From a virus: a DNA stretch of 64,000 nt. Made by a program: the position numbers and the translations under genes. Below, one piece after another: positions 49,087 to 58,175 of the stretch (its first letter is position 1; every line of letters begins with the position of its first letter). The stretch is taken from positions 6,565 through 70,564 of IMG/VR virus record IMGVR_UViG_3300046557_000205; one strand, written 5' to 3'. The notes beneath the pieces were generated by a model. It searched no databases and had not been told where the DNA came from. It was given only the letters and a program-made list of their open reading frames with translations.

Positions 49087-49712
49087 TATTTATTACCTTC
49101 TTGAATATCCCAGTCTTTAATATCAGACAAGAAAAAGATAGCATAGCAAGACGTATCAGTCGTAGGAACGATGACCTTCTTTGTCCCCATCCGGACATAT
49201 CCTACTTCAATTTCCTTGACAAACACCTTGAGCTTATCATATTCCCTCTGAACTGCCACATCTCGCGATAGAGCAACAGAGAAAAACCCTTTCTCAACCA
49301 AGAGTTTCATCGCTTGAGAAAATGATGGGTAATTGTTTGCCACACAATCAACCAAGCACTTACCTTCAAGGATCTTCGGATGGACTCCAGCACCATTACT
49401 ACGGAGAACTGTCTGTGTCAGGCGTTGTACATCGATACCTTGACGGTACTGACGAGCAGGTTCACGCTTCAAATACACTGCCAGCTTGTAATCTGGGTGA
49501 TCAATGTTGAGATACCCCAAAGTCAAGCTACTAATATCGATATTGACATCTTCCGGGTCAACATTTGAGGCAATCAAACCATGACCTTCGAGGGAAAAGA
49601 GGGCCAACTGACCCAAATCCTGTACCTCTACCTTCACTGGTATGCCTTTGTACCGAATAATGGTACCACCAAGACGAGCCTTGATGTCTTCACCCTTGTA
49701 TTTATTACGCAT
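49086..49712 (-). CDS. hypothetical protein of the ligase cluster
   Basis: MRNKYKGEDIKARLGGTII..LGYLN..R.P.RQYRQG; start right after ligase stop. Confidence 0.7.
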   Translation of the reverse strand: MRNKYKGEDIKARLGGTIIRYKGIPVKVEVQDLGQLALFSLEGHGLIASNVDPEDVNIDISSLTLGYLNIDHPDYKLAVYLKREPARQYRQGIDVQRLTQTVLRSNGAGVHPKILEGKCLVDCVANNYPSFSQAMKLLVEKGFFSVALSRDVAVQREYDKLKVFVKEIEVGYVRMGTKKVIVPTTDTSCYAIFFLSDIKDWDIQEGNK

Positions 49713-49713
49713 T

Positions 49714-50430
49714 TTAGAGTCCGATAAGTTCGCGGAACGTATTCCGGGTCTGGTTAAAAATAAGACGACGTGTTTCTTCACGTCCCACCCAAAGATTTGA
49801 AGGGGCACGGAGTTCAACACCGTACTTCTTAGGGCGGAAAGAGCCGCTATGGCCATAATAAATCAACCGTTCTTGTTCTTCCTCAGTGTGTGGGGTATAC
49901 AAAGACAGACCCTTCTTGTGGAATTCCCTTGCAAAATACAAGCAATCCTCAAAATGATCTGCTTCCATAGGATTATCAATCAACTCATCCCGGAAACCGA
50001 TATGAATATGACCGGCAGCCGTACGAAGGGTATCTCCCTCAAGTGCCTCCGTTGGGTTGATGTTAACCTGCCCTTCGATATTGAAGTCAGGGTCACAACC
50101 AAGGACCTTGTTGTCCTCAGGTATCATAGTCCAGATGTCTTTACGGAACCGTGCCACTGGTGTCCACGAGACAGTGTAGTCTTTGTCCACCTTCTTGATC
50201 ATAGTGTCGATTTGTTGAGTAACAGCGACTACATTCCGGTTGAACTCTTCTTCGTTCTCTGCCGGATCAATGTTGAACTCTACTGCTACACCGTCTACCT
50301 GTACTGCACCATGCTCAATCTTGTATGGGTTATGCTTGTCTCCGGGAATAATTCCGGTCGCAGGAATAAACGTACCTGCCTTGTCAACAATAAACCCTTC
50401 CGGGTCTGCACCAATACGTATCGTAGTCAT
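49714..50430 (-). CDS. phiEco32-like COOH-NH2 ligase type 2
   Basis: IGADPE, QVDGVAVEFN, GCDPDFN, RTAAGHIHIG, RPKKYGVELR. Confidence 0.9.
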   Translation of the reverse strand: MTTIRIGADPEGFIVDKAGTFIPATGIIPGDKHNPYKIEHGAVQVDGVAVEFNIDPAENEEEFNRNVVAVTQQIDTMIKKVDKDYTVSWTPVARFRKDIWTMIPEDNKVLGCDPDFNIEGQVNINPTEALEGDTLRTAAGHIHIGFRDELIDNPMEADHFEDCLYFAREFHKKGLSLYTPHTEEEQERLIYYGHSGSFRPKKYGVELRAPSNLWVGREETRRLIFNQTRNTFRELIGL

Positions 50431-50474
50431 TATATTACCTTTGAAAATATACTTTGAGCGTAATTGCTCTTTGC

Positions 50475-50756
50475 TTAAATATCGTCTTCTAAATCACCCA
50501 TCTGACTTGGGTCGTATGCACGTTCTTCGTCGATATGTTCAAGATTACTGGGGAAAACCCCCAGAGAATGGTCATAACTAGAACCGAATTTCCAAAACTT
50601 CTCGTCTACTTCAAAATAGACATTCTCTTTAGTACCTTCGAGTGTAACAGTACCGGTAATCCCAATCCTATTCAAGTCGATTGAACTAATGACACCATGT
50701 TCTTTCCAGTAATTACCGGTATACCTTACTCTGTCACCTTTCTTAAATGTCGTCAT
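50475..50756 (-). CDS. tagged KOW/SH3-like protein 8
   Basis: FKKGDRV...YDPSQMGDLEDDI. Confidence 0.85.
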   Translation of the reverse strand: MTTFKKGDRVRYTGNYWKEHGVISSIDLNRIGITGTVTLEGTKENVYFEVDEKFWKFGSSYDHSLGVFPSNLEHIDEERAYDPSQMGDLEDDI

Positions 50757-51024
50757 CACGGTCCCCCATTTGAGTAGGGTCGTAAGGTATTTCTCGGAGA
50801 GAGAGTTTTTCTGGTGGAAAAAACCAACCCTCTTTCTCTTTGAGACCACCATGAAGATTATGCTTCAGAGTTTTAGTGGTTCTCTTATCCTCTCTAGTGA
50901 TTTTGATACCATAACAAGCATAGCTGTGTTTATCACCGGGCTTAGTGATGACCTCACCCTCTCCTGCCCCGGAGCCCATGTAGTCTTGGAAATTTATGAG
51001 ATCTCCATAATTAAATTTACTCAT
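50743..51024 (-). CDS. tagged KOW/SH3-like protein 9
   Basis: FNYGDLI...YDPTQMGDRDDDI. Confidence 0.85.
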   Translation of the reverse strand: MSKFNYGDLINFQDYMGSGAGEGEVITKPGDKHSYACYGIKITREDKRTTKTLKHNLHGGLKEKEGWFFPPEKLSLREIPYDPTQMGDRDDDI

Positions 51025-52280
51025 CCCACTTTGGCCTCTGGTTTGCAGTTGTCACAGTAATATTCCCCATGCTTTTCATCATAGGAGAAACCCTTGAGAA
51101 GACCACGACGGCATCGATCACTTTCAAACAAATTGAACCGCTTCTTCTCGCAACGGCACTTGTTCCAGAATGTCTTGATCGATTGGTGTTTGAACACCGG
51201 TTGTTTAACTATCTTCACTTCTGGTTGCACAACAGGAACTGAACGATTGCCCGTACCAGTAGCCGCAGCTTGCTTGTTGAAGGGAATAACGACACTCTCA
51301 CCCATTGGTGTCTTCCACCGTTCGGGTTCACCATTGACGTCCTGGGACAAAAAATCAGGAGACCATACACCTCCTTTATTCGTCGTTCCCCCAGATTGCG
51401 GAGTAAAATTTAGGCGTTCCTCTCTGTCCAACCTCTCTCTGTTGGTCTCTTCTTGGACTACGACAGGAACCTGCTTCTTCATCTCAGGATGTTCGTTGGT
51501 ATAACCAAAATGTTTCCAGACATATGCTGTCGGATCCTTTTTGATATTGGCCATCGTTACATCTGACGACGATACAGTGATAACCTGATGAGAAGCAAAG
51601 CCCATAACATTTGCATCACCTTCACCATTACGACCAAGGATATACCGGAGCATACCGATATCAGATGCCCAATACATGACACCACGATCCTTCAGGAACG
51701 CAAAGGCGAGGTCTCGTGCACCATTACGAGCAAAGTACATCTTGTGGTCTGCACGGTTGTACATAGTGATTGCATAGGCACTACGAACATCGAGATCATT
51801 CAGGACATCGAGGATGTTACCCTTCTTCTCCTGCATACGATGATTGATATCAAGGAACAACAATTCGCTGTCGGTCTTCTTGTTATCTTCATACTTCTTG
51901 TCTACGAGTGTACCATTGTGTGCACCTACGATATTGTAAGTGTTGAATGGATGAGCATTGGCCTCATTGATATGACCCTTGGTTGCCCAACGAACATGGC
52001 ACATCAATACGTCAGCCATCGTTGACTTGAGAAGATCAGCATAGTCTTTGTCTTTACGACCATGATGTTCATCAATCTCAGTCATCATCGACGACCAGTT
52101 TTCTGGTGACTTGTATATCTGCTCATACTTGAAGGCGTTCTTACCGAATGCCTGTGAACGAACTTGATATATGCCAGCACCATCGATACCCCTGATCTGA
52201 GATACAAATCCCAATTCTCGGAGAATCTTATAGTCCTTGACCTGAATTCCAGGCCCCATCATTCCCAAAAGTCCACACAT
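51021..52280 (-). CDS. class II (Ntn) glutamine amidotransferase with Cys-rich C-terminus
   Basis: MCGLLG, RG.DGAG, HVRWAT, NAHPF, HNGTL, TDSE. Confidence 0.9.
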   Translation of the reverse strand: MCGLLGMMGPGIQVKDYKILRELGFVSQIRGIDGAGIYQVRSQAFGKNAFKYEQIYKSPENWSSMMTEIDEHHGRKDKDYADLLKSTMADVLMCHVRWATKGHINEANAHPFNTYNIVGAHNGTLVDKKYEDNKKTDSELLFLDINHRMQEKKGNILDVLNDLDVRSAYAITMYNRADHKMYFARNGARDLAFAFLKDRGVMYWASDIGMLRYILGRNGEGDANVMGFASHQVITVSSSDVTMANIKKDPTAYVWKHFGYTNEHPEMKKQVPVVVQEETNRERLDREERLNFTPQSGGTTNKGGVWSPDFLSQDVNGEPERWKTPMGESVVIPFNKQAAATGTGNRSVPVVQPEVKIVKQPVFKHQSIKTFWNKCRCEKKRFNLFESDRCRRGLLKGFSYDEKHGEYYCDNCKPEAKVG

Positions 52281-52552
52281 TAAATATCGTCCTCTCGATC
52301 ACCCATCTGAGTGGGATCGTATTGAATTTCTGCTGGTATAAAACGTCTGGCACTATATGGACCCATCCCTTCCACCCAACTCTTTTGATGTTCTGGTGGA
52401 GGAACAAGTGTCACTAGTGGGTTCACATTCCCATCTAGAGTATCACTATTGTTGAAAGCCTTTTGGACGACATATTCAACATCACCCTTAAGACGAGACA
52501 ACTTCCAGTCTATGCACTGTACTCTATCACCCGGCGAAAACTGGTGTGCCAT
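52280..52552 (-). CDS. tagged KOW/SH3-like protein 10
   Basis: FSPGDRV...YDPTQMGDREDDI. Confidence 0.85.
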   Translation of the reverse strand: MAHQFSPGDRVQCIDWKLSRLKGDVEYVVQKAFNNSDTLDGNVNPLVTLVPPPEHQKSWVEGMGPYSARRFIPAEIQYDPTQMGDREDDI

Positions 52553-53366
52553 AGTTCTTCCCGATATGTTCAAGATACTTTCGTATGCCTGTTCGTGATG
52601 ATGATTTACCGCCCTGCACGGATTTGACAAAGCCAGCACACAGATCGTCACTATAGATACGAGTCCCAGTGTCAAAAAGAAGGTTAGTAACATGGACTGT
52701 CATCTCAAAGACAAACTCTTGTGTTGACTTATCCCTAAGATAGGCATTGGAGAGAGGTCGATACTCCACACCATAGGGTTTGGGCCTGAATGACCCCATC
52801 TTACCATACAATGTACGACGTTTCGTGTCGTCGTCCCAGAGAAGGCTACTCGGGTAGAGTGTAACATCTAACTGTTGGACCAGTTCACGACAATTCGAGA
52901 TGTGTCTTTCGTCCGTAATAGAATGACCATCTCCCCACCCAATATGGATATGCCCCGCTCCAGTACGAAATGTCTCATTCGTGAACGGAGGTTCATTTTC
53001 TTTTCCTGTGTAAGCATTGAAGTCGGGAGTACATCCCAGAACTTTAATCTCCTCGGGAAGCGCATCGAAGTACACCTTATCAAAATGAGCTGTAGGGATA
53101 ATGTCAAGGTCATATGCAGGTTTCTTCTCCTGAATAATCTCCGTCATGGAGTTCATGACACTACGAATACTCTTTGTGAACTCATCCTTCGTTTCAGCAG
53201 GATCAATATTGAATTCACAAGCAACACCATCCACCTGAATAGCTCCACGTGGTACATGATGTGGCATATCCTTTGTCCCTGGGATGAGATCATGACCAGA
53301 TACATATCGGCCATATTCATCAATCACAAAGAGTTCGGGATCTGTTCCTATTAGAATTCGGTTCAT
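52527..53366 (-). CDS. second phiEco32-like COOH-NH2 ligase type 2
   Basis: IGTDPE, QVDGVACEFN, GCTPDFN, RTGAGHIHIG, RPKPYGVEYR. Confidence 0.9.
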   Translation of the reverse strand: MNRILIGTDPELFVIDEYGRYVSGHDLIPGTKDMPHHVPRGAIQVDGVACEFNIDPAETKDEFTKSIRSVMNSMTEIIQEKKPAYDLDIIPTAHFDKVYFDALPEEIKVLGCTPDFNAYTGKENEPPFTNETFRTGAGHIHIGWGDGHSITDERHISNCRELVQQLDVTLYPSSLLWDDDTKRRTLYGKMGSFRPKPYGVEYRPLSNAYLRDKSTQEFVFEMTVHVTNLLFDTGTRIYSDDLCAGFVKSVQGGKSSSRTGIRKYLEHIGKNYGTPVFAG

Positions 53367-54343
53367 GCTACCTTTAATACCTTCTGTTTCGCTGCTAATG
53401 TCTTGCTGGCACCCTTCCAGACAAACAACTTACGCTTAGTCTGTCCACCCTTGAGGATATCTTCAAAGGCTTCCTTGAACCTATCGCAGACAGGTTTGAT
53501 ACTCATTGGTTGGGGAGTTAAACTACCACCCTTATGGATACCTAGTTTGGCACAAAGAACATCCCATTTGATCTCTTTTTCTTCTCCAGGATCATAGCAG
53601 AAGAGCTCATCAATGGATGTGCGGTTATAGTCCACACGGTCACGTAGAGAGCCACCAGAGAGATCTCGTGGTGTTCCTTGTAGAAGACGCCTGATGTTAT
53701 ACTGAAAGCCACTGTACCCCCCTGTACAGCCATTCCAGATGGGGTTACCACTATTAAGGTAGTGGATAGTGAAAGCTTCACGCCATGTCAGCCCTGAATC
53801 CACATATGTCTTGATAGCATTGGCAGACTCTCCGAAGTACAGATAACTCTTACGGAGATAGTGGACCAATACCGTAGGGTCGATCTCAAGATTGGACATA
53901 TAGAATCCAATAATGTTCTTCTTGGCATTGTACTGGAACTGGACATCACCAATCATCTGCGGATAGATGGAGTGCTTTTTGTCAAAGAGCTTCTCCAAGA
54001 CACGATTGGTTGTCTGATTGCCGTCTTCCAATCCACTATTCAATGTGTTGACACTGAAGTCTACAGCCAGACCAAGAGGACGACCTTCAGGAAACTTATG
54101 CCAAAGATCAGTTGGCTTGTTGTTCTCAGGCTGAGTGCATTCCTCAGGATAGTTCTTTGTGTACTTCCTGAGTTCACCCCAACATGGCTGACTCTCCCGT
54201 GGATGAAAACTCACATCAGGGTTGTTCCGATATGCATCATAGGGAACTTGTGAATTCCAACCTTGATCATGTTCCATCACTAGGACGAACGAACGACCAC
54301 GAAGACCTGATGCCATTGCCATAGCGATGGATGCATAATTCAT
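53363..54343 (-). CDS. hypothetical protein
   Basis: 326-aa ORF, ATGA coupling to ligase. Confidence 0.75.
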   Translation of the reverse strand: MNYASIAMAMASGLRGRSFVLVMEHDQGWNSQVPYDAYRNNPDVSFHPRESQPCWGELRKYTKNYPEECTQPENNKPTDLWHKFPEGRPLGLAVDFSVNTLNSGLEDGNQTTNRVLEKLFDKKHSIYPQMIGDVQFQYNAKKNIIGFYMSNLEIDPTVLVHYLRKSYLYFGESANAIKTYVDSGLTWREAFTIHYLNSGNPIWNGCTGGYSGFQYNIRRLLQGTPRDLSGGSLRDRVDYNRTSIDELFCYDPGEEKEIKWDVLCAKLGIHKGGSLTPQPMSIKPVCDRFKEAFEDILKGGQTKRKLFVWKGASKTLAAKQKVLKVA

Positions 54344-54349
54344 TGAAAC

Positions 54350-55003
54350 CTACCTAAGCATATCAAAGATGTTAAAGAAATAATCTCGGCATTCACTCTT
54401 GGACTTACCGACTGCACGAACTTCCCATTCAGGATGTGGCTGGAAGCAAAGGGAACGAGTATTGTCATACCACAAAACCTCAGGCTCTACCGCTGGCTTG
54501 GTGATAGGACCATTCTGACCATAGCACTCAGTGATACGATTCTCTGAGTATGCAATGATCTCTGCACTCTCAGCAGGAACCATCATCTGATGATGACTGC
54601 TTGTGACTGTGACCGGTTCAGGTGAGCCGAGAAGAGTATCAAACATCTCATGCTCAATGGTGTGGTTATCCACATGTTGGATCATCTTGCCACCATTCAT
54701 GACATTCAAGAACTGACCGCCACGGCAGATACCCACCTTGATCTGATCAGCCCGTGTCTTCTTCCATGCAGCAATGTCACGATCATCCGTGTGTGCATCG
54801 ACAGAGAACTTGTGCATCTTGGGGCCAAGCTTCTCCTGATACAAAGCAGGACTGATGTCATGACCACCAATGAAGCAAACAATGTCTGCCTGCTCAATAC
54901 GAGCTTCGAGTGGATACCGTGCTTCATACCACATGGCACTGATATCACGAGATGCACCAACGATATATACCGATGGCTTACGTGGGGTTGCATCGTTAGT
55001 CAA
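54350..55003 (-). CDS. class I glutamine amidotransferase / peptidase C26-like
   Basis: GGHDI, GICRGGQ, SSHHQ, QPHPE; TTG start after GGGGA. Confidence 0.9.
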   Translation of the reverse strand: MTNDATPRKPSVYIVGASRDISAMWYEARYPLEARIEQADIVCFIGGHDISPALYQEKLGPKMHKFSVDAHTDDRDIAAWKKTRADQIKVGICRGGQFLNVMNGGKMIQHVDNHTIEHEMFDTLLGSPEPVTVTSSHHQMMVPAESAEIIAYSENRITECYGQNGPITKPAVEPEVLWYDNTRSLCFQPHPEWEVRAVGKSKSECRDYFFNIFDMLR

Positions 55004-55004
55004 C

Positions 55005-55871
55005 TTATCGTCCCCATTTTTCGAGTTTGGTCTTGAGGTGCTCACTGAGTGTGCTAAGCCTTTGCTGATCAAGGGTGTAGACAGTAGCCGTAGGAGCGCC
55101 ATACCGGGCACCTGTTGCTGCTGTTGTTGCGATCCCGAAGGATTGTTTGAATTCACCGGACAGTACCTTTCCTGTTCCAGACCATAGTTCCCTCGTGTAG
55201 GCATCTCTCTCCTTACCACGATGGGTTTCATTACGATAGAACATACCCCAATCGGTACTTCCATCAATTGTCACCTGATGAGAACCAGTCCAACCACCAG
55301 TGAATGTCCCACCAATGGCAATTTGTTCATCAGGTAGTATCGATAGATAGTACATCATGATGTGAGCTAGCTTCTTGTTTACTCCTAGTTCAACAAGACG
55401 GCCCCATACATTGACGTTAGCTACCTTATCCTTTGGTGCTCTACTCTCAATAAGGAAAGCATAAAAGAGTAGTGACATACCATCTTTCATCAAAGCATCG
55501 GGAACCCTAAAGCCAAGCATCTGATCTGAGTTATCAGTGAGAACCTCCCATCCGGGTACTTTGAAGAAATCCTGATAGAAACACTCAGGACCAGTAATGT
55601 AATCCCACCACTCTTTTGCATACTTATGTCCCCCACCATAATTGGACACAAGATCACTGATGAAGGTAGACCGACGAATGCCAGCATGACATGTCTGACC
55701 AGAGTGTCTCACTGGTTCAGGCTTTGATAGTGCAGCACCATATGCACCAGTACCAGTTAGGCATGAATACACACAGATACCAGTCTTACCATGAATGGCG
55801 ACATGTTGTTCACTCGGATCTTTGGGATCATAAACCCTTCTAGACAAGCTCAAGCTTCCAGGCTTTTGCAT
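55005..55871 (-). CDS. hypothetical protein (start uncertain)
   Basis: Long ORF in operon. Confidence 0.7.
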   Translation of the reverse strand: MQKPGSLSLSRRVYDPKDPSEQHVAIHGKTGICVYSCLTGTGAYGAALSKPEPVRHSGQTCHAGIRRSTFISDLVSNYGGGHKYAKEWWDYITGPECFYQDFFKVPGWEVLTDNSDQMLGFRVPDALMKDGMSLLFYAFLIESRAPKDKVANVNVWGRLVELGVNKKLAHIMMYYLSILPDEQIAIGGTFTGGWTGSHQVTIDGSTDWGMFYRNETHRGKERDAYTRELWSGTGKVLSGEFKQSFGIATTAATGARYGAPTATVYTLDQQRLSTLSEHLKTKLEKWGR

Positions 55872-56493
55872 CTTCTTTGAGCCTCCGAGTAGAGATCTTA
55901 ATCCAATTGTCACCGTAGTTGTTCCACTTCTTGATATCGATACCGAACTTCAGCTTGATATGTTTTGCTGCTGCGTCCGGAGGGACGAGGAGAACGTGCT
56001 CAATGCGATTATCAACCCCAGTGTTGTCTTGGACGATGCGGGCCTTCCTAAGTTTCGACAACAGAATGTCCTCAAACGCTTGGCGCTTTGGATCTGGTTT
56101 CTTTGGAGGATCAATCTTGTCTTTGAGTTCTTTGAGTTCTTCATGGAAAGATGTGAGAGCCTTTTCGTACTCGCTCGGCTGCGCAGTGAAGAGGTATATA
56201 TCACCTGTGTCCTTGTGGCGTTGTTCGTTGTGTTTGTTTTTCTCCCCGTGGAACACCTGGACGAAGCCACATTTGGGGAGGAACTCGTCCAGTCCATGAT
56301 ACTCGATCTGTTTCCCGGTGACCGTAACCATAATTCCTGCAAAGTCACGCTTAAAGCCCAACTTTATCATTTCAGCTACAGTGTTCAATCGGGAATTGAC
56401 CTGCAACTTAGGGTCCTTTGACACCAAATTAGCAATATCCCATCCCACAAGGTGGGACATAGTGCATGTAGTAGACACAGCTACATGTTGCAT
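55840..56493 (-). CDS. hypothetical protein
   Basis: MQHVAVS start after purine-rich RBS. Confidence 0.7.
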   Translation of the reverse strand: MQHVAVSTTCTMSHLVGWDIANLVSKDPKLQVNSRLNTVAEMIKLGFKRDFAGIMVTVTGKQIEYHGLDEFLPKCGFVQVFHGEKNKHNEQRHKDTGDIYLFTAQPSEYEKALTSFHEELKELKDKIDPPKKPDPKRQAFEDILLSKLRKARIVQDNTGVDNRIEHVLLVPPDAAAKHIKLKFGIDIKKWNNYGDNWIKISTRRLKEDAKAWKLELV

Positions 56494-56528
56494 GTTAAAT
56501 CTTTCTTTCTGTGGTTGTACGATTTCTC

Positions 56529-56567
56529 TTGACAAAGAAAAATACAAATGATATAATAATACTATAG
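56529..56567 (+). promoter_or_regulatory. consensus sigma70 promoter, antisense to local genes
   Basis: TTGACA(56529)-17-TATAAT(56552), extended -10 TG, then AATACTATAG. Confidence 0.85.
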
Positions 56568-56663
56568 GAACAGAACAATAAGCTTTTAAACTTATTAACT
56601 CAATGTTAGTTCTTACAGTACAACTTATGGAACTGTGTACCTGATGTTATCCTCAGGTATACC

Positions 56664-57011
56664 TCAGGGTGCGGGAGGATGTCGCCTATCGAAGTCTGCT
56701 TGCCATGCTGCATCAGCTTCTGCAATCTTACGAGCTTGTCGTAAATCACTCCAGTCATCGATCTTGAGGATCAACCAATGACAAGGTATCGATAAGAGAA
56801 ACAATGTGATCATACACACAATGATGAACACGATGGCTTGCACACCAATGATCAGGCCAGCAACCACAGCTGCTGTATCCCAATTGGCAATGATCACTGA
56901 TATCAATAGGAATAGAAAAAATCCTACTGTAAGAGTGAATAGTGTAACTGCCACAGATGCACTAAATCCCGGACCCTTCCTCAAGAACCTCTTGAAGTTA
57001 TTCAACATCAC
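56664..57011 (-). CDS. membrane protein
   Basis: Two long hydrophobic segments. Confidence 0.7.
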   Translation of the reverse strand: MMLNNFKRFLRKGPGFSASVAVTLFTLTVGFFLFLLISVIIANWDTAAVVAGLIIGVQAIVFIIVCMITLFLLSIPCHWLILKIDDWSDLRQARKIAEADAAWQADFDRRHPPAP

Positions 57012-57391
57012 TTTGTTTCCTTCTTTGTGTAGTCATCAATCTGCTGTTGAATGACCTTGTTGATACCATCAAGCAATTCTTTAGCCTGAGGTGTTTCGAC
57101 GATCTGTTGTCCGAACTGTGATCCTGCCATCAAGAGGATGGTCTGACGTCCTGGTATCAGGATAGAACAAAAGATCATGACGAATATCAGAGGTGCAGCC
57201 CATCGCCACCATGTGTAGACATGCGGGACCCAATTTGGTCGACGTCTCAAGTCATAGTCACTGTTCCTTGCCAAGAAACAGATCGTAATAATACCGGCGG
57301 CACAAAGTCCACATACTGACAATATTGCTAGCATGATGGAGAGTGATGGAAGGATGTCTGCAAGATAGATAACAAGTGTAAGCTGGTTCAT
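57008..57391 (-). CDS. membrane protein
   Basis: Two TM segments; ATGA coupling. Confidence 0.75.
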   Translation of the reverse strand: MNQLTLVIYLADILPSLSIMLAILSVCGLCAAGIITICFLARNSDYDLRRRPNWVPHVYTWWRWAAPLIFVMIFCSILIPGRQTILLMAGSQFGQQIVETPQAKELLDGINKVIQQQIDDYTKKETK

Positions 57392-57439
57392 AGGTAGTGA
57401 TCCTCTTCGTTGATATAGTCTTCTTCATTGCTGAAGTAG

Positions 57440-57670
57440 TCACGCAGTTGCTTCGACAGTCTTTTCCACCAAGAACTTCTCTTTGATGAGTGGGCCATTG
57501 AATCCAAACTCCAATGTTGCGGGGACAGATTCTTGAAACACTAGGTGCTCTACATCTGTCATGATCTTGTCAGTAGCAGCCTTCTCAGTTCCGTACATCC
57601 CAGATGCTACAAGGTCTTGCCTCTGGGTATTCCAGTACAGATTAGTCCACGTCTTTTTCTCGAACCGCAC
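57440..57670 (-). CDS. hypothetical protein
   Basis: GTG start after GGAGG. Confidence 0.6.
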   Translation of the reverse strand: MRFEKKTWTNLYWNTQRQDLVASGMYGTEKAATDKIMTDVEHLVFQESVPATLEFGFNGPLIKEKFLVEKTVEATA

Positions 57671-57776
57671 GTTTCACCCTCCGTGGTTTTTCAGGAATAG
57701 AGAAAGCTCTAGCCAATCTCTCTTTGTATACGTATTTCATATGATCTTCATAGATCTCATCATCAAGCAAAATCAT
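57642..57776 (-). CDS. 44-aa hypothetical protein (not in ORF track)
   Basis: MILLDDEIYEDHMK..., ATGA overlap with the stop of tag 11, GAGG RBS inside tag. Confidence 0.55.
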   Translation of the reverse strand: MILLDDEIYEDHMKYVYKERLARAFSIPEKPRRVKRAVREKDVD

Positions 57777-58042
57777 ATATCATCCTCACGGTCCCCCATT
57801 TGAGTAGGATCATACTTCATTTCAGCAAACACAAAGCGAGATGCTTTCCACTTGGCTGTAGGATTAAAAGCATATTCATATGGAACACGAACCATATGTA
57901 GCTCTTTGTCATCACTCATTACAGCCTCAGTGACTACATACTCTTGGCCAACATTAAGTCTACCAATCGCCAGGCCCGAGCAATCGATACAACGAACCCT
58001 ATCGCCTTTTGAGAATCGTGTGTAGGACGTCTCTGTCGACAT
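57773..58042 (-). CDS. tagged KOW/SH3-like protein 11
   Basis: FSKGDRV...YDPTQMGDREDDI. Confidence 0.85.
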   Translation of the reverse strand: MSTETSYTRFSKGDRVRCIDCSGLAIGRLNVGQEYVVTEAVMSDDKELHMVRVPYEYAFNPTAKWKASRFVFAEMKYDPTQMGDREDDI

Positions 58043-58175
58043 GCCACTGGTCCTTCCTGACTCCTTCCGCCCTACTTCTCTTGATAATTCGTCGAATTGC
58101 GCTGATCGTCGCCGACCGTCCTTCGATATGGCTCTGGGAATGCGCATCCTCATCATCTTTTTTCTCATATATCAT
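57999..58175 (-). CDS. 58-aa hypothetical protein
   Basis: MIYEKKDDEDAH..., start inside tag 12. Confidence 0.5.
   Translation of the reverse strand: MIYEKKDDEDAHSQSHIEGRSATISAIRRIIKRSRAEGVRKDQWHVDRDVLHTILKRR

Noticed and set aside
49713-49856. Long N-terminal extensions of several track ORFs (e.g. 49086..49856, 50475..50852, 52280..52693)
   Set aside because: They overlap upstream genes; downstream ATGs adjacent to stops or RBSs fit better.
55004-55267. Poly-Q N-terminal extension of the class I GATase in the ORF track
   Set aside because: It overlaps the upstream gene in another frame; a TTG with RBS at 55003 explains the start.
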